Both the position numbers and the translations under genes were made by a program. Positions 1 through 13,910 of a DNA stretch of 64,000 nucleotides are shown one piece after another. The stretch lies in assembly GCF_006345805.1 (NCBI RefSeq), contig NC_042997.1, positions 177,134,001 to 177,198,000 of the forward strand. The letters are read 5' to 3'. A model generated the notes under the pieces. It was not told where the DNA came from. It searched no databases and saw nothing but the letters and a program-made list of their open reading frames with translations. Every line of letters starts with the position of its first letter. Position 1 is the first letter of the stretch. This DNA is from Octopus sinensis. Its lineage: Eukaryota.

Positions 1-429
1 CAAAACATGTGCTTTCCATACCAATAGCCAACTCTCAGATCTCTCCCAAATGATATTCCTGTCATTATTTTTATAAAAATTGTCCAGAGAATTTCAATGT
101 CGATGTCATGTTTTGGATCAGACATTTGCATAGTATTCATACTGCAGCTGACTTAATCACACTGCGTAACGGTTATACTGTTTATAGCGATGCTCTAAAT
201 TCTGGACACTTTCTAATACAGTTGTTATTTCTTGACCTTATGCCTGATTCCTCCTCATTTTTGTCAATTTCGAAGGATAGATTTCACATTTAAATATACT
301 AAAACACGCTTATATTAGCATAGAGATATATGAAATACTATATAATGTATAACATTATTTACTTCAGAATATGACAGCTTATAAAACTATTTAGTAGGAT
401 AACCTTTTGCTTTAATTATTTCATTAATT

Positions 430-1200
430 CTTGACGTGGCAGTGAGGAGATTCTTTAACTTTTCAGGATTTATGATTCTAAACGATGCCTTGTTAATTGC
501 TGAAATTAATTGCTGAAATTAATAGTGTTCTGATATTTGGCTAGTAAACCGATTCCAGTCTCTTGATTCGCGAACATAAATGTTCTCTCCGATAAAGGTC
601 AGGGAAGGTTAGAGCCCATTGTTAACGCTTATTTTATGACCCTTTCAAACATTCACACATGATTTTGCTGTATGACATGGTACACTGTCTCGTTGAATAA
701 TGACATCGCCTAAATCATCTGGGAGTATGGAACTGATTCCAAAGAACTTCTTTATAGTTCTTAAAAATTCATATTTCGTTTATGATTTCTGTACGATCAA
801 CACTTCTGGCAGAATCCCACTTCCTCAGCTGCATTACATGGGCAGTATATATCATTGTAAAACCAAATGTTTTACCATGTTCATTGTCCTGCTTCTCACA
901 TATTTCAATCAATTCTATTCAAAAAGTGACACCTTCGTTTCACCACAGTTCATCCCTTATGTTCCCTTGCTCGAAAAGATATTTTCTTTGAAGAACATTC
1001 GCGTATGGTATTTTTTCTTAATATTCTTGCTTTAAGTTCTCCATCAAAGAGTCGTTGTCTTACAAGTTTATCGCTTAAACTGATCTCACTAGCCGCTACA
1101 GTGGCTCTATTTCGCTTATTGTTGTTCAGCGATCAGTTAGAGCTAATGAAAGATGGGTGAATTATTCTGCTCGCTTTTTGAAACATTTCACCTATTTTTT
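430..1200 (-). mobile_element. Degraded Tc1-family transposase fossil
   Basis: Minus-strand translation gives VIIQRDSVPCHTAKS (~660-706; Tc1 motif FQQDNAPCHTAK), WALTFPDLYRREHLCSRIKR (~559-618; motif WPxxSPDLNPIEHLW) and ISLSDKLVRQRLFDGELKARILRK (~1010-1085; N-terminal linker-like); stops and frameshifts present. Confidence 0.65.
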
Positions 1201-1825
1201 CATTTTTTCTTTGCGCTTTTCAGTGAAGATGATTGGATTTTGCAGTACATCTTTTCCCAGTTTTCTTAATATTTGTTGAATAGTATATGTTTCTCCTTGA
1301 GGAGTTACTGCCTCTCCTAGTTTGACAATGATTGTCTAACGCGAAAGTCATGAAGACAAAACATGGAGCAAGTTCAAATACAAATTCTATCAAATGATGC
1401 AGTTTTATCTCAAAGATGAATGACAATACATCGTGTCTCAATATTGCTGAATATCAAATGCAGTACGATCTTATATAAATGCTGATCGGCTATTGAATGT
1501 AAAGTGATGGAATATGTAACTTTTACTCCTATATAATAAAGTTGAATATAATCTCATCACCACAGATATTGCAGGTGACAATTCTTCAGGATAGATATCC
1601 TGAGACGATGAATTTCCAAGCGGCAACACCTGGGGAAAAGGGTAACAAATTTTCAGGTGGAGGTGAGATTAAAACACAAAGACATTTCACTACCAGCAAC
1701 ATCAATATCATTATCACTACTAACGCTATTATTATCACTACTATCACCGTCATTATCACTACTCTTATTTACAACATCGCTACTTCTATTACTAACTAGA
1801 TTATTTTTTAAAAGCTATTACATAT

Positions 1826-2180
1826 AGGCGTAGGAGTGGCTGTGTGGTAAGTAGCTTGCTTACGAACCACATGGTTCTGGGTTCAGTCCCGCTGCGTGGC
1901 ACCTTGGGCAAGTGTCTTCTACTATAGCCTCGGGCCGACCAAAGCCTTGTGAATGGATTTGGTAGACGGAAACTGAAAGAAGCCCGTTGCCCACCATGCT
2001 TCGACAACAAATTTTGGCGTGTTTACGTCCTCATAGTTTCGAGGTTCGACAAAAGGGTTCAACAAAATAAGAACTAGGCTTAAAAATAAATAATAAATAC
2101 TTGGGTAGATTCGTTCGACTAAAATTCTTCAAGGCGGTGCCCCAGCATGCCAAAGACTTATCGCTGAAACAAGTAAAAGA
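1826..2180 (+). mobile_element. tRNA-derived SINE, family A (GGCGYAGGAGTGGCTGTGTGG head, CORE-like CCTTGGGCAAGTG)
   Basis: A-box TGGCTGTGTGG, B-box-like GGGTTCAGTCCC, CACCTTGGGCAAGTGTC, tail ending GAAACAAGTAAAAGA; near-identical copies elsewhere in the window. Confidence 0.9.
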
Positions 2181-3025
2181 CAGGAGACATTGTGCAAAGT
2201 AAAACTCCACTCGCTGTGGCAATGTGTTTCGCATTTTAATTTCAGAGGGAAGTGAAGGGTAGAATAACGAGAGCTAATCTAAATTAGAAGTATTCAAAGA
2301 CGATGTCGGGTTTTACTTGGATCCTGAAACAAAAACAGATCATTTTTCAACGATTGCATAAATGCGTGTGAGATACATAGAATATTGCTTTGCAAGAAAT
2401 GAATGTAATAAATCAAATATGAATGGTACAAAAATTATTGAAAAAAAATAATATTGCATGGAAAATATTTCCATGGGAAAAACTATTTGCTTGCTGGGAT
2501 TATACATCTGTAAAATAATCGTTATCATTTGCATAGAAACATTTCCACAAATTGATCAAAGGTGTATGTCATGTGAATATGTTTGTGTGTGGCAGCGAGT
2601 AATATCGTGCATCAGTTATTCTCCACCCGCGTATACAAAGGCAAAAACACGCATACATATATATACATACAACTTATTCACGTACACATACATGGATCTG
2701 TTAACATACCTACACATGCAGACATAAATGTACGTATATGCGAATGTACAGACACGTACACACCTTCCGCCATGTTGTCTCACATATAACGAGTGAATAG
2801 CAACAGAATATTAATATGAATAGAGTCAAATTATAGAATAATAATTAAAAAATATTATTGTTATATTTTGGGGGATGGTCATATTTTTTTGCCAATTAAC
2901 CATACTATTCTATTTTAGTGTTCGTTGTCTGAAATCTTTTGTCACACAACTTGTGACCTCCTTAGCGATTCTCCATCCCATGTGTCTCATCCTGTTCTGT
3001 TTATTCTATTCATTTTTCTGTCTAA

Positions 3026-3165
<140 letters not shown>

Positions 3166-3867
3166 TTTTAATAATGCTGAAGAGAAGACCAAGTATATAG
3201 TAATTGAAAAAAAAAATGACCATTCCCAAATAGAACAATATGTTTCAATAAATGTTTTCACATCAGGAATATTGCAAAACAAATACATAAACGTAATTAA
3301 AAATGCTGATGTGATAAAATTGGTTTGCAAAGAAACATAATTCGAAAAAAAAAAGTGTTCGACAAAACAACGAGTTGGAAGTATAGATGTTTAAAGACAA
3401 GTGGGGGTGAAAATTGACTATGAAGGAAGAATAAAAGGGAAATGTTCAATAGTGTATATATCAGCCATGTGCAGACTGCATGCAGATGCGGGAATATATG
3501 ACTGGTAAGACTAAATAAAGCTTACCTTGAATTTTGTTCTAATAGAGCTGCCCAGCATATGATGTTGAGCCATATCTTATGCAGCACGCTTCTGGAAAAA
3601 AGGTTCTGCATGCGTGGTGCATATACATCACTCTCTCACCCCCCACACACACACACAAAGACACACACATACAAATGCCATATTCCAAAGATACTTCCAA
3701 CAAAATTTATCAATTTTTAGATTTTTTTAGGAAATATTTTGCAGAAAATTTTTTGTTTTAGCTTCCGTTCATTTTCACGAATTCGCTTATCTATTCGTTC
3801 CCACCTTTTCTTTCTCTCTTTCTACTCGCCAAAATTCTTTGTATCTATAAACCGAGATACTTCTAGG

Positions 3868-4209
<342 letters not shown>

Positions 4210-4479
4210 ACATCAGTATACTTCAACTTTTCACAAGAATATGGATGTGGATTTCGTAAATGTGTGTGGGCAATATTCCATTTTCCCATTGTCTCCACAT
4301 TTCCGCTTCAATTCTGCGGAATACACCGAATTTATTGGACTATTCTAATTAGACATTTCCACCTTCTTTGCAGTGGTAAAGAGTTATTTTGAGTATTAAT
4401 GCATGAAATAGGCTGCAGTCTTCATATATACCACGTCAACAAACAGCTGATATAATAAACATATACGCGCATATATAAA

Positions 4480-4523
<44 letters not shown>

Positions 4524-4609
4524 ATTATATATATATATATATAAATATATGCTTATATACATATATATATGTACATACCTACGCATATATGTATATATAT
4601 ACATGCATA

Positions 4610-4836
4610 TATGGGTATAGGATATAAAAAAAAAACGTTGAACACAATGAGAAACGAAAACAAAAACAAAAACATAGAAACGGGCTTCTATGAAGAAGAT
4701 TCCCCTACTTCAGTAGTCCCTGTTTCAACTACTCTACGTTCCGAAGGCAAGGACAAGACGCGACTTCGTTGAAACAGTCATTCCCGCAAAGCAAATTAAA
4801 TATGAATTTGGGATTTTTTGCGGAGGGTGAAAGTGG

Positions 4837-4838
<2 letters not shown>
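4610..4838 (-). mobile_element. Short interspersed repeat between (TA)n tracts carrying a degenerate permuted hammerhead-like motif (paralog of 18920-19170)
   Basis: Aligns with 18920-19170 (AACACAATGAGAAACGAAAA...TCCCCT...GTCCCT...TTCAACT...CGAAGG...GGACA...AATTAAAT); flanked by (TA)n. Confidence 0.7.
4700..4777 (-). ncRNA. Degenerate hammerhead-like motif, non-canonical strand order
   Basis: Minus strand: CUGUUUCAAC-gaagu-CGCGUC-UUGUCC-uug-CCUUC-GGAA-CGUA-gagua-GUUGAAACAG-GGACUA-CUGAAGU-AGGGG; two core substitutions. Confidence 0.45.
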
Positions 4839-4906
<68 letters not shown>

Positions 4907-4916
4907 TATATATGTT

Positions 4917-5289
4917 TGTTAGAAATAAGAGCTAAACCGGTCTAATGCTTACTGTTAACGCACATAAATGAAAACATGTACATACATGTTATGACTATAT
5001 ATACAAACGTACAACCGTACAACTGATGATTGAATGAGACTGAGCGAATGATAACAACAATTATACAGAACTAAGACGCGGTTAGAATGTGAATGAGATT
5101 GAGAAAAGAAAGATGATGGTATGTGTGAAAAAGACAGAAATATCGTGAAACAAAGAAAAAAGATTGAGATAGAGAGAGATTAAACCAAGTCAGAATGATA
5201 GAAGGAATGAAAGTGTATAAGTGTAACTTCAGTATCTCCACAGTGATAGCTGAACATGTATATATATATATATTATATATATTATATAT

Positions 5290-5343
<54 letters not shown>

Positions 5344-5379
5344 ATCTATATATATATATATATATCGATATCACTAACA
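4917..5379 (+). mobile_element. Possible LTR relic
   Basis: TGTTAG...CTAACA terminal inverted hexamer followed after 3 nt by TGGC (PBS-like); no internal coding sequence seen. Confidence 0.25.
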
Positions 5380-5541
5380 TTTTGGCAGACACTATTCCAT
5401 CCTTGACATTAAAATGTTTCAGTGTATGAAGTAAATGAATCCTGTGTGCAATTGAAAAATGTTCGATCGATAAAATGCTGAACGAAAGATCTGTATGTAT
5501 TTATTTATTTTTCAAGCACTCTCCCTCTTTGAAAGCAAAGT

Positions 5542-5544
<3 letters not shown>

Positions 5545-5598
<54 letters not shown>

Positions 5599-5694
5599 AC
5601 ACAGGCACACACTCATATGTGTATGCATGTACATATATATATACATATAAGTATATACACAAACATGATATATGTATAATATATATATATATAT

Positions 5695-5728
<34 letters not shown>

Positions 5729-5791
5729 CACACACACATATATATAAATATATATAAATATATATATATATTTGTATATATATAATATATA

Positions 5792-5854
<63 letters not shown>

Positions 5855-5907
5855 AATACGTGTGTCTGTGTGTATTCATGCATGTATATACACACAGTGA
5901 CATATAT

Positions 5908-5939
<32 letters not shown>

Positions 5940-5956
5940 ATATGTATATGTACGTA

Positions 5957-6045
<89 letters not shown>

Positions 6046-6125
6046 TAGTGTTGTATGCATATATGTATATACGGGTATTCATATATATGTATATATACGC
6101 ATGTGTATATATATTCATGTATATG
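5545..6125. repeat. Compound (CA)n/(TA)n/(GA)n microsatellite field
   Basis: Seen directly. Confidence 0.95.
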
Positions 6126-6177
6126 AAAGCAGATCCTGCTAGACACTTGCAATATTTAGAATTTTATTTCAGATAAC

Positions 6178-6208
6178 CAACAGCAATAACAGCAGCAGCA
6201 GCAGCAGC

Positions 6209-6248
<40 letters not shown>

Positions 6249-6450
6249 TCAGCAACAACAACAACAACAACAACAACAATAAAAACAACAATTTCTGCAA
6301 CAACAAACAGCAGGGATAACCACACACACACGTACACGCCAAAAAAAAAAATAATAAAAAGCACAAAACAAATAATAACAACAAAAGAGAAGCAGCAGCA
6401 ACAATAAGAGCAACAACAACAACAACAACAACAACAACAACGACAGCAAG
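6178..6450. repeat. (CAA)n/(CAG)n trinucleotide tracts
   Basis: Seen directly; explains poly-V/L/C ORFs. Confidence 0.92.
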
Positions 6451-6682
6451 AACGATAATTCAATAACAAAATCAACTGCTGCAGCTTTAATTTACGATAT
6501 GGAAATAGATACATCAGACGGTGTCTAAGTTTTGGTTCTGTTAGGTTTGTATTGGTGTGTATGCGCGCGTGTTTGCTTGCGTGGGTGCATGTGTATATAT
6601 ATGTGTTCCTCTGTGTGTGCGTGTGTGTGTTTATGTTTATATTTGCATATATGTACAGGAATGTGCATGCATGTGCATATCG

Positions 6683-6828
6683 GTACAGGAGTGGCTGTGT
6701 GGTTAAGAGGCTTGTTTCCCAACCACATGATTCTGCGTGCCACCTTGGGTTTCTCCTACTATAGCTTCGGATCGACCAAAGCCTTGGGAGTAGATTTGGT
6801 AGATGCAAACTGAAAGAAGCCCATCGTA

Positions 6829-6915
<87 letters not shown>

Positions 6916-7295
6916 TTTTTTTTCTTTTTTACGATTCCTTTTGATCGAAAACCTATCGCCCCTTTTATTTTTTTTCTCTCCAAAAAGAAAAGCTCTACTT
7001 TGTAATTTGTCCCCTCTGTGTTCAGCCCTATGTGGCTAATAAAGAAACATATCTATAAATATATATATATATGTATATGTTATATGTTTGTGTGTCTGTA
7101 TTTGTTTCCCCGCCATCGCTTGACAACCTATGCTGGTGTGTTTACGTCCCCGTAAACTAGCGATTCGGCAAAACGACCGATAGAATTAGTACTAGGCTTA
7201 CAGAGAATAAGTCCTGGCATCGATTTGTTCGACTAAAGTCAGTGTTCCAGCATGGCCGCAGTCAAATACCTGAAACGAATAAAAGAATAAAAGAA
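6683..7295 (+). mobile_element. SINE family A with internal (ATCT)n/(TA)n and nested insert
   Basis: Head GTACAGGAGTGGCTGTGTGG..GAAAGAAGCCCATCG, then microsatellite, then 3' half ending CAGCATGGCCGCAGTCAAAT..AATAAAAGAAT. Confidence 0.88.
6915..7050 (+). mobile_element. Probable LINE 3' end inserted in (ATCT)n, sharing the SINE B tail
   Basis: Ends TTTGTCCCCTCTGTGTTCAGCCCTATGTGGCTAATAAAGAAA, matching the SINE B tail, but the upstream sequence is not SINE B. Confidence 0.5.
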
Positions 7296-7302
7296 TGGTT
7301 AT

Positions 7303-7374
<72 letters not shown>

Positions 7375-7492
7375 ATGAGTATATATATTATATATATATA
7401 TATACATACACGAATGTATGTATGTATATATGTGCCTTTCTATTAGTTTCGCTGTCTTTGTATGTATGTATGCATATATGTATGTGTATATG

Positions 7493-7623
<131 letters not shown>

Positions 7624-7869
7624 TGTGTGTGTATGTGTGTGTATAAATGAATGTATGCTTGGATGGGTTTGTGTTTTTATGTACGTGTGAGAAATATAGT
7701 TGTATTCGCATGCAAATATATTTTTGTCTATGAATCCATGCTTCAGGACTGATAAACAACACTGGATCGATCCAGTTACATTTACATCTTTCAACACCCC
7801 CACCCCTACATAATATTCAACTGCCTTGTTTTATTTTTAATATAAAATTCTAAGGAAGCGTTCTGGGGG

Positions 7870-8440
7870 AAGCGCCTATTGCTCTTGCAGGCTTACTCGG
7901 ATAACCGAAGTCGATATGGTTAAGTTAATTCCAGCATCTCGATCTCTGGATGTTGTTATTGTATATGAAATTGTGTACAAGATGTGGATGCAGTTCAAGA
8001 AAGAGCAAATTTCGCGTGAAGAAGGACTGAGCGATACATTTATTACAAGTAGAATTATAGTGAGACACAATAAGTTGGAGAAAAGTATGGTCAATGGGGT
8101 AATGTGAGCATTGATAGGACATATTTTACTAATTCAGAAGAAGCAGGAATCAAGGTTTCGTATAACCGTAAAAAGAGAGACAGGTGGAGAATCAAGGGTA
8201 GTAAGAATGTTCTCTAGTGGCGTAGTATTGTGATATATTGCTTATTAGGATCAGTGCCACACTACTGAAAGACAAATGTTTGCAAATTTGTACGAAGTGG
8301 TTTCTTTAGTTGATAGTAGGGAAATCATCCAGCTGTAAAATAATTTGACTGAGAGAAAGTATTGGTATGCTTCTGAAAAAGAAAAGAAATTGTTCAAATT
8401 TTCAGTGTTGGACCTATAGATAATGTGACAAAAGTTAGGT
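7870..8440 (-). mobile_element. Possible degraded CR1/L2-type LINE endonuclease region
   Basis: Minus-strand SLSQIILQLDDFPT resembles the APE-domain QLVDFPT motif; otherwise highly decayed. Confidence 0.25.
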
Positions 8441-9043
8441 AAGAAATTATTTTATATGTTATATAAATATAATTATGTCAATACCCATGTTATATAAGAT
8501 ATCATACAGAGATGCGAGAAGCCCGAGAAATACAAGTTGCCAAAGTTTGGTGGAAAGTTAATACACCACTTACAAACAAAAAAAAATGGAAACAACTTGC
8601 TTCACTTGATCGGGAGATGCTCTGCCACTACAAACATGCAAGTACATTTTAATCAACCAAGTTAGCAAAGAATGCATTATGTATGCAAATCGGCTTGTCC
8701 GACTTGCTTATGTTCTTGGTCATTTTAGTTTTATGGATAGTTTTCATGGAAAGTTATCTCAATACAGAGTTGAAACTCATCTGTCTGATCACTATTTTTC
8801 TGCCCACATAAACACTGTACGTAGAGACAATGTGTATATCTCTGTCTATGCATACGGTGTTAGATAAAATCTATATACTCTGTAACACAGTACAGTATTA
8901 AGCAGAATATCTTTCTAAATGACATTTAACAAGTCTCCTGTTATTTTTCAAATGTTGCTTACAAATTTATTCTATCGAATACACACATACACATATGTAC
9001 ACGTATATACGTACATGCACATCCTCTCTCACACACACGCGTG

Positions 9044-9137
<94 letters not shown>

Positions 9138-9159
9138 GTCATCCGGGTTGAAAATCATT

Positions 9160-10800
9160 CATCTATCGCCATTAATCAAAATTTCGTGCCACCTGGTTGT
9201 TTTCTGACGGCTGAAAACATATCCGTGACCTTTATTTACCTAATACTTTTGGTCTATTTATATTTAATAGATCAGTCTTAGTTCATATTTGTTTTATGGT
9301 TCTCTAGGAAGATTATATTATCGTAACAACGTTCGGAATTTATCACAGATTATTTTAGTGTATTAAAGAGATAGATTAAGATATGCTATTTCCTTGTTTA
9401 TGTAATGGTTGCTATATCCGTATGCTGACCATTCAATATATTTCTTTACTGCCCACAAGGGGCTAAACATAGAGGGGACAAACAAGGACAGACAAAGGGA
9501 TTAAGTCGATTACATCGACCCCAGTGCGAAACTGGTGCTTTATTTATCGACCCCGAAAGGGATGAAAAGCAAAGTCGACCATGGCGGAATTTGAACTCAC
9601 AACGTAACGACAGACGAAATACCGCTAAGCATTTCGCCCGACACGCTAACATTTCTGCCAGCTCGCCGCCTTCATTGAATGCTGAGCATTCAATAATGAA
9701 AAGATTCTTCACATATAAGTCTTTCACTCGCCATACATATTTTTGGCAAAGTTCTGGGGATTATTTTCCCTCATTCTTCATAGTGAACACGTGTTTGAAG
9801 AACGGTGCTCGAAGCTGCTTTCACATCTTCCGATGTAATTTTTCTCCATTTTTACATTGTCTACCCGGGGTGTTATTTTATTAATATACTCAACTGCTTT
9901 GTTTAACCATCTTCTGAAAATGTAAAGCTTTCTTTCTTTGCAACTGAAGTTTTGTTTCCATTGTATTGGATAGCTCATCGGAATTTGCTCGTCATGATAT
10001 AACTGACTTATTTTGTGTAGCTGTAATTTGATGTTCTTACTAAATAGCTTATGGTATTTTTTGGTTGGCAAGTTCTTTATTCACGATAAGAAGTTAGGTT
10101 CTGAGCTACATTAAGTTCCACACTTTTATTGAAAAGCAGATTCAATTAAAGTATGTACGCATTTTTCGGTTCTCTGAGCTGCCGCTCGTTACAAGGTAAG
10201 AAGTTTAACTCATTTTAAAATCAGTTTCATACAAACGTGTTAGTGCAATCGTTGGAAGCTTCTTAAATGTTTCCTAACTCAGGATATGTTTGATATGCTA
10301 CGCCTTTTAGTAAAAATAATTTTAAAACTATGATGTGATAAGGGGTATTAGAAACAACTTTTTTATGTTTTTGTTACTCATTCGTCTTCTTTATCGTTGG
10401 TGTTTATCGGTGACTATATGTTCTGTATGATAAGAAATTAACTCTGATAAAGTTGGTCGTAACTACAATTTTTGGGACAAACTATTTAGTAGGCATTATT
10501 AATTTTTTCATATATCTGTCTAGGACAACAACCTTTTGGATTGTGTAAATTGGTAAGACCAACGTCTCGGAATAGTTCTGTATCTAGATCTTTGAATTCA
10601 TTTCGTTGCGTATATAAGATACAAGCCTACCAGCTCATATAATCTTTATCTGTCATAGCTCATCATATTAATATTAAATAAGAAACATCGACAATTTCCC
10701 AAGTGGTGAGCTGTCGAAAATAAAACAAAGCAAAGATGTTAGTTCTCTCAATTCGACATTTTAATATTCTATCCACGAATTACTAAAGTTGTGTTCACTA
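9160..10800 (-). mobile_element. Penelope-like element fossil (RT plus GIY-YIG), split by a SINE
   Basis: Minus-strand MMSYDR*RLYELVGLYLI (PLE motif MGSYDGAExCELVGLY), TELFRDVGL (motif GLYRDDGL) and ORF 9778..10071 with KYHKLFSKNIK...KNYIGRCESSFEHR (GIY-YIG YIG motif). Confidence 0.75.
9439..9672 (-). mobile_element. tRNA-derived SINE family B (AAGGCGGCGAGCTGGCAG head) with ~17 bp TSD
   Basis: B-box GAGTTCAAATTCC, central GCCTTTCATCCTTTCGGGGTCGATAAA domain; TSD ATGCTGASCATTCAATA at 9422-9438 and 9679-9695. Confidence 0.92.
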
Positions 10801-10949
10801 ATACAGGAGAATTCGAAAGAAAAAATACAGCAGCAACACTCACAACGGTATCAGTATTACACTGCGTCTTAGAAAGTCCCTACTCTTCAATAATAGCCCC
10901 AGACTGGTAAAAAACAGTAAGGGTTATAAATATGTGCAGGCTGTACATG

Positions 10950-11045
<96 letters not shown>

Positions 11046-11509
11046 AGTGTATATATGTGTGCGCATTGAATATATATATGTACGTATGTATACACATACA
11101 TAGCACGTATGTTTTCGATGCGTTTCGTATAATATATAGTCAAAGACAAGAGAATTTCATAAGGAAGTGAGAACATTTTTGAAATATCACTTTTGTAAGA
11201 TGGATAAGAACCGTTCCATTTGATCATGTTTGTGTTGGTCACTTCGGTAATGGCCCATGGGTTGCTGGACATAATAATATTAATGAAACTAAAATTTAAA
11301 AACTGTTTAAAGTTGATTTATGAAATGACACTCATCACTTGCGATGTCGAGGCTTTTTGTTTGTCCAGATTCAAGATCCTTATATTTAAGGAGAGAAATG
11401 AAAAATGTGATGCTCATATTTTTCTCAAATGTATAAGCAGTATATGAGAAAGAAAATGATATATAATGTGGCTCATTATTTGATAAATAGTTTTCGTCTT
11501 AATTATGTA

Positions 11510-11950
11510 GCAGATTAAAAGGATCAGTACAGCACCAGACAAAATTTTTTACGGTAATTGCTCCGGCTTTCTACATTTTTAGTTCAAACCCTGCCAATGT
11601 TATCTCAGCCTTTTATCTGCCCGAGGTCGATTAAATAAAGTACCAGACAAGTACTAAGGTCGATGTTATCGACTAATTCTCTTCTTTCAGTATTGCTGGC
11701 TTTGAAAGGTGACGAGCTAGCAGAATCGTTAGCGCGCCGAGAAAAATGCTAAGCGGCACTTCACCTGTCTTAACTTTCAGAGTTCAAAATCCGTCGAGGT
11801 TGACTTTGCCTTTCATCCTTCCAGGCTCGATAGAATAAGTACCAGTTGAGCACCGAAATAGATGTAATCGACTTAAATCCTCCCCCAAATTTGCTGGTCT
11901 TGTGCCAAGATTTGAAACCAATATTGCTGGCTTTGTGCCGAAATTAGGAA
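11510..11950 (+). mobile_element. Two older SINE B copies in tandem
   Basis: GAGTTCAAA..GCCTTTCATCCTTCC..GATGTAATCGAC..GTGCCAA alternative tail. Confidence 0.8.
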
Positions 11951-11993
11951 TTATTTTCATTATGTAAAAATTCACTATATACTTAGGAAATGA

Positions 11994-12205
11994 AAGGCGG
12001 CGAGCTGGCAGACACGTTAGGGCGCCGAGCGAAATGCTTAGCGGTATTTCGTCTGTCGTTACGTTCTGAGTTCAAATTCTGCCGAGATCGGCTTTGCTTT
12101 TCATCCTTTCCAGTTTCGCACTGGAGTCGATGTAATCGACTTAATCCGTTTGTCTGTCCTTGTTTGTCCCCTGTATGTTTAGCCCCTTGTGGGCAATAAA
12201 GAAAT
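11994..12205 (+). mobile_element. Young SINE B with internal deletion and TSD
   Basis: Head AAGGCGGCGAGCTGGCAG, tail GCCCCTTGTGGGCAATAAAGAAATA; flanking direct repeat ATATACTTAGGARATGA. Confidence 0.9.
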
Positions 12206-12415
12206 ATATATACTTAGGAGATGAGAAAAGAAGGATTTGAAGTTAATGCTTTTTCCAAACACTGAGGTAAAATGGCTTCAGTCGCCTCTTATAGAAACAA
12301 ATGTTACAATATGAGGATGCTGGGACTTAATGTCTACCAGATTTGACATATTTCTTAATATGGCTGAAATAAGAAATATATTCAACTGTATATTAATTTT
12401 TACCTTTCCCAACAG

Positions 12416-12532
12416 CCTTCTTCTGATGTAAAGCGAAATAATAGTGCACAAAGCAAAGTTAAAATATTGCACGAACTAATTCTAGGTGAATTAAGAATGT
12501 TTCGTGCTAGTCACGAACAGCCGTTTCTATAA
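12416..12532 (+). CDS. Candidate terminal coding exon of an unidentified host gene
   Basis: Pyrimidine-rich acceptor TTTTTACCTTTCCCAACAG, then open frame PSSDVKRNNSAQSKVKILHELILGELRMFRASHEQPFL*, followed by AT-rich unique sequence; no homology recognised. Confidence 0.15.
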   Translation, partial: PSSDVKRNNSAQSKVKILHELILGELRMFRASHEQPFL

Positions 12533-13289
12533 TATATGGCTTCTGTTATTTGTTTTGAACAGTTATCTTCTTTTTATATATATAGTTTTATTTTTTACAC
12601 CTCCACTGTGTTTGATATCTTGATTCAATACATTCGTTTGATGGTAAGTTGGAATGAATAGATATTTTTTTTTACGAGGTTCCTAGTAAAACATTTATTT
12701 TGCCAACTGTAACATGAAATACATAAAATATAGTCTGTTTAATGTTGTGTACATTTATATTTATATGTTCTGAGGTAATTTTCATAACTTTATTTCACTA
12801 ATTCAATCTTAATGTTTTCTTTACTTTGTCTCGTCGAATAATTCTTCTCTTCTTTTATATTTTCTAGTTTAAATTCTTCTTTTCTTTTTTATTTTCCACT
12901 AATTTCGCATTTCCTTAGATACAAAAACATTAAAAAAGTAAAGACGTTAATTAGAAGCTACGTGGGGAAGTATGAAGTCATGTTTCCATTATCTCTGTAT
13001 GAGGAATTAGAAACACGAGGTTGTTGTACCTCTAGTTTAATTCGTTTTAGACATCACGCGACAATTATACTAATTATTTCTGCATCAAAATCCAGGTTTC
13101 TAAAATTAAAGCAACTGCACTTGAAGATTGGAAGGTTGTAGTTAGCTGAGTTGACAAGGTGACATACTGCTCTCCAAGAAATTCAAAATTGGTATTTCAT
13201 TACCAATGCTGCACTGCGTCTATGGTCGCTCTCAATAACTCAGCCATCTTTGATAGATTTTTATTTCATTATTTAGGCTGGAAAGAAAG

Positions 13290-13910
13290 GTTGAATCGTT
13301 ACCGCAGCAGAGAAAATAACGGCATTTCTCTCGTTTTTGTGTTCAAATTCCATTGGGATCTACTTTATCTTTTATTTTCTGGGGCTGATAAAATAAGTAC
13401 CAGTTTATCTCTGGGGTCGATGTAATCGACTATCCTTCTCTCCCAAAATTTCAGGCCCTGTATTTCTAGTAAAACGAATTATTTAGTCCCGAAAGAGATC
13501 TATAGATTCACAAAATTTTTAGGACGTGGAGAATTGCTTCAAAATTCTTTGCGGTATTTAGTTGCAGCGTTCTACGTTCTGAGCTCAAATCTCGGCAAAG
13601 TCAACTTCACCTTTCACGGTTAAGAAAATAAAGTATCAATCAAATACTGGAGTTTATATTGTCTATTGTTACCCCCTCAGTATTTCTGATATGCCTGGAT
13701 ACAAATTTAATTATTCAGTTTGAAAAGAGGCGGTGGATTGGTAGAATCATTAAAGCGTCGGTCAAAATATCAGGTGTCATTTTTACCGACTCTTTACGTT
13801 CTAAGTTTAATTCCCGTGGAAGTCAGCTTTGTTTTTATCCTTTCGGGGTCCATAAAATAAAATACCAGTCAAGTACTGGAGTCAATTTAATTGACTAAAC
13901 TCTCCCCCAA
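13290..13910 (+). mobile_element. Cluster of three degenerate SINE B copies
   Basis: Repeated TTCAAATTCC / CTTTCGGGGTC / AAATAAGTACCAG / GATGTAATCGAC motifs. Confidence 0.75.
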
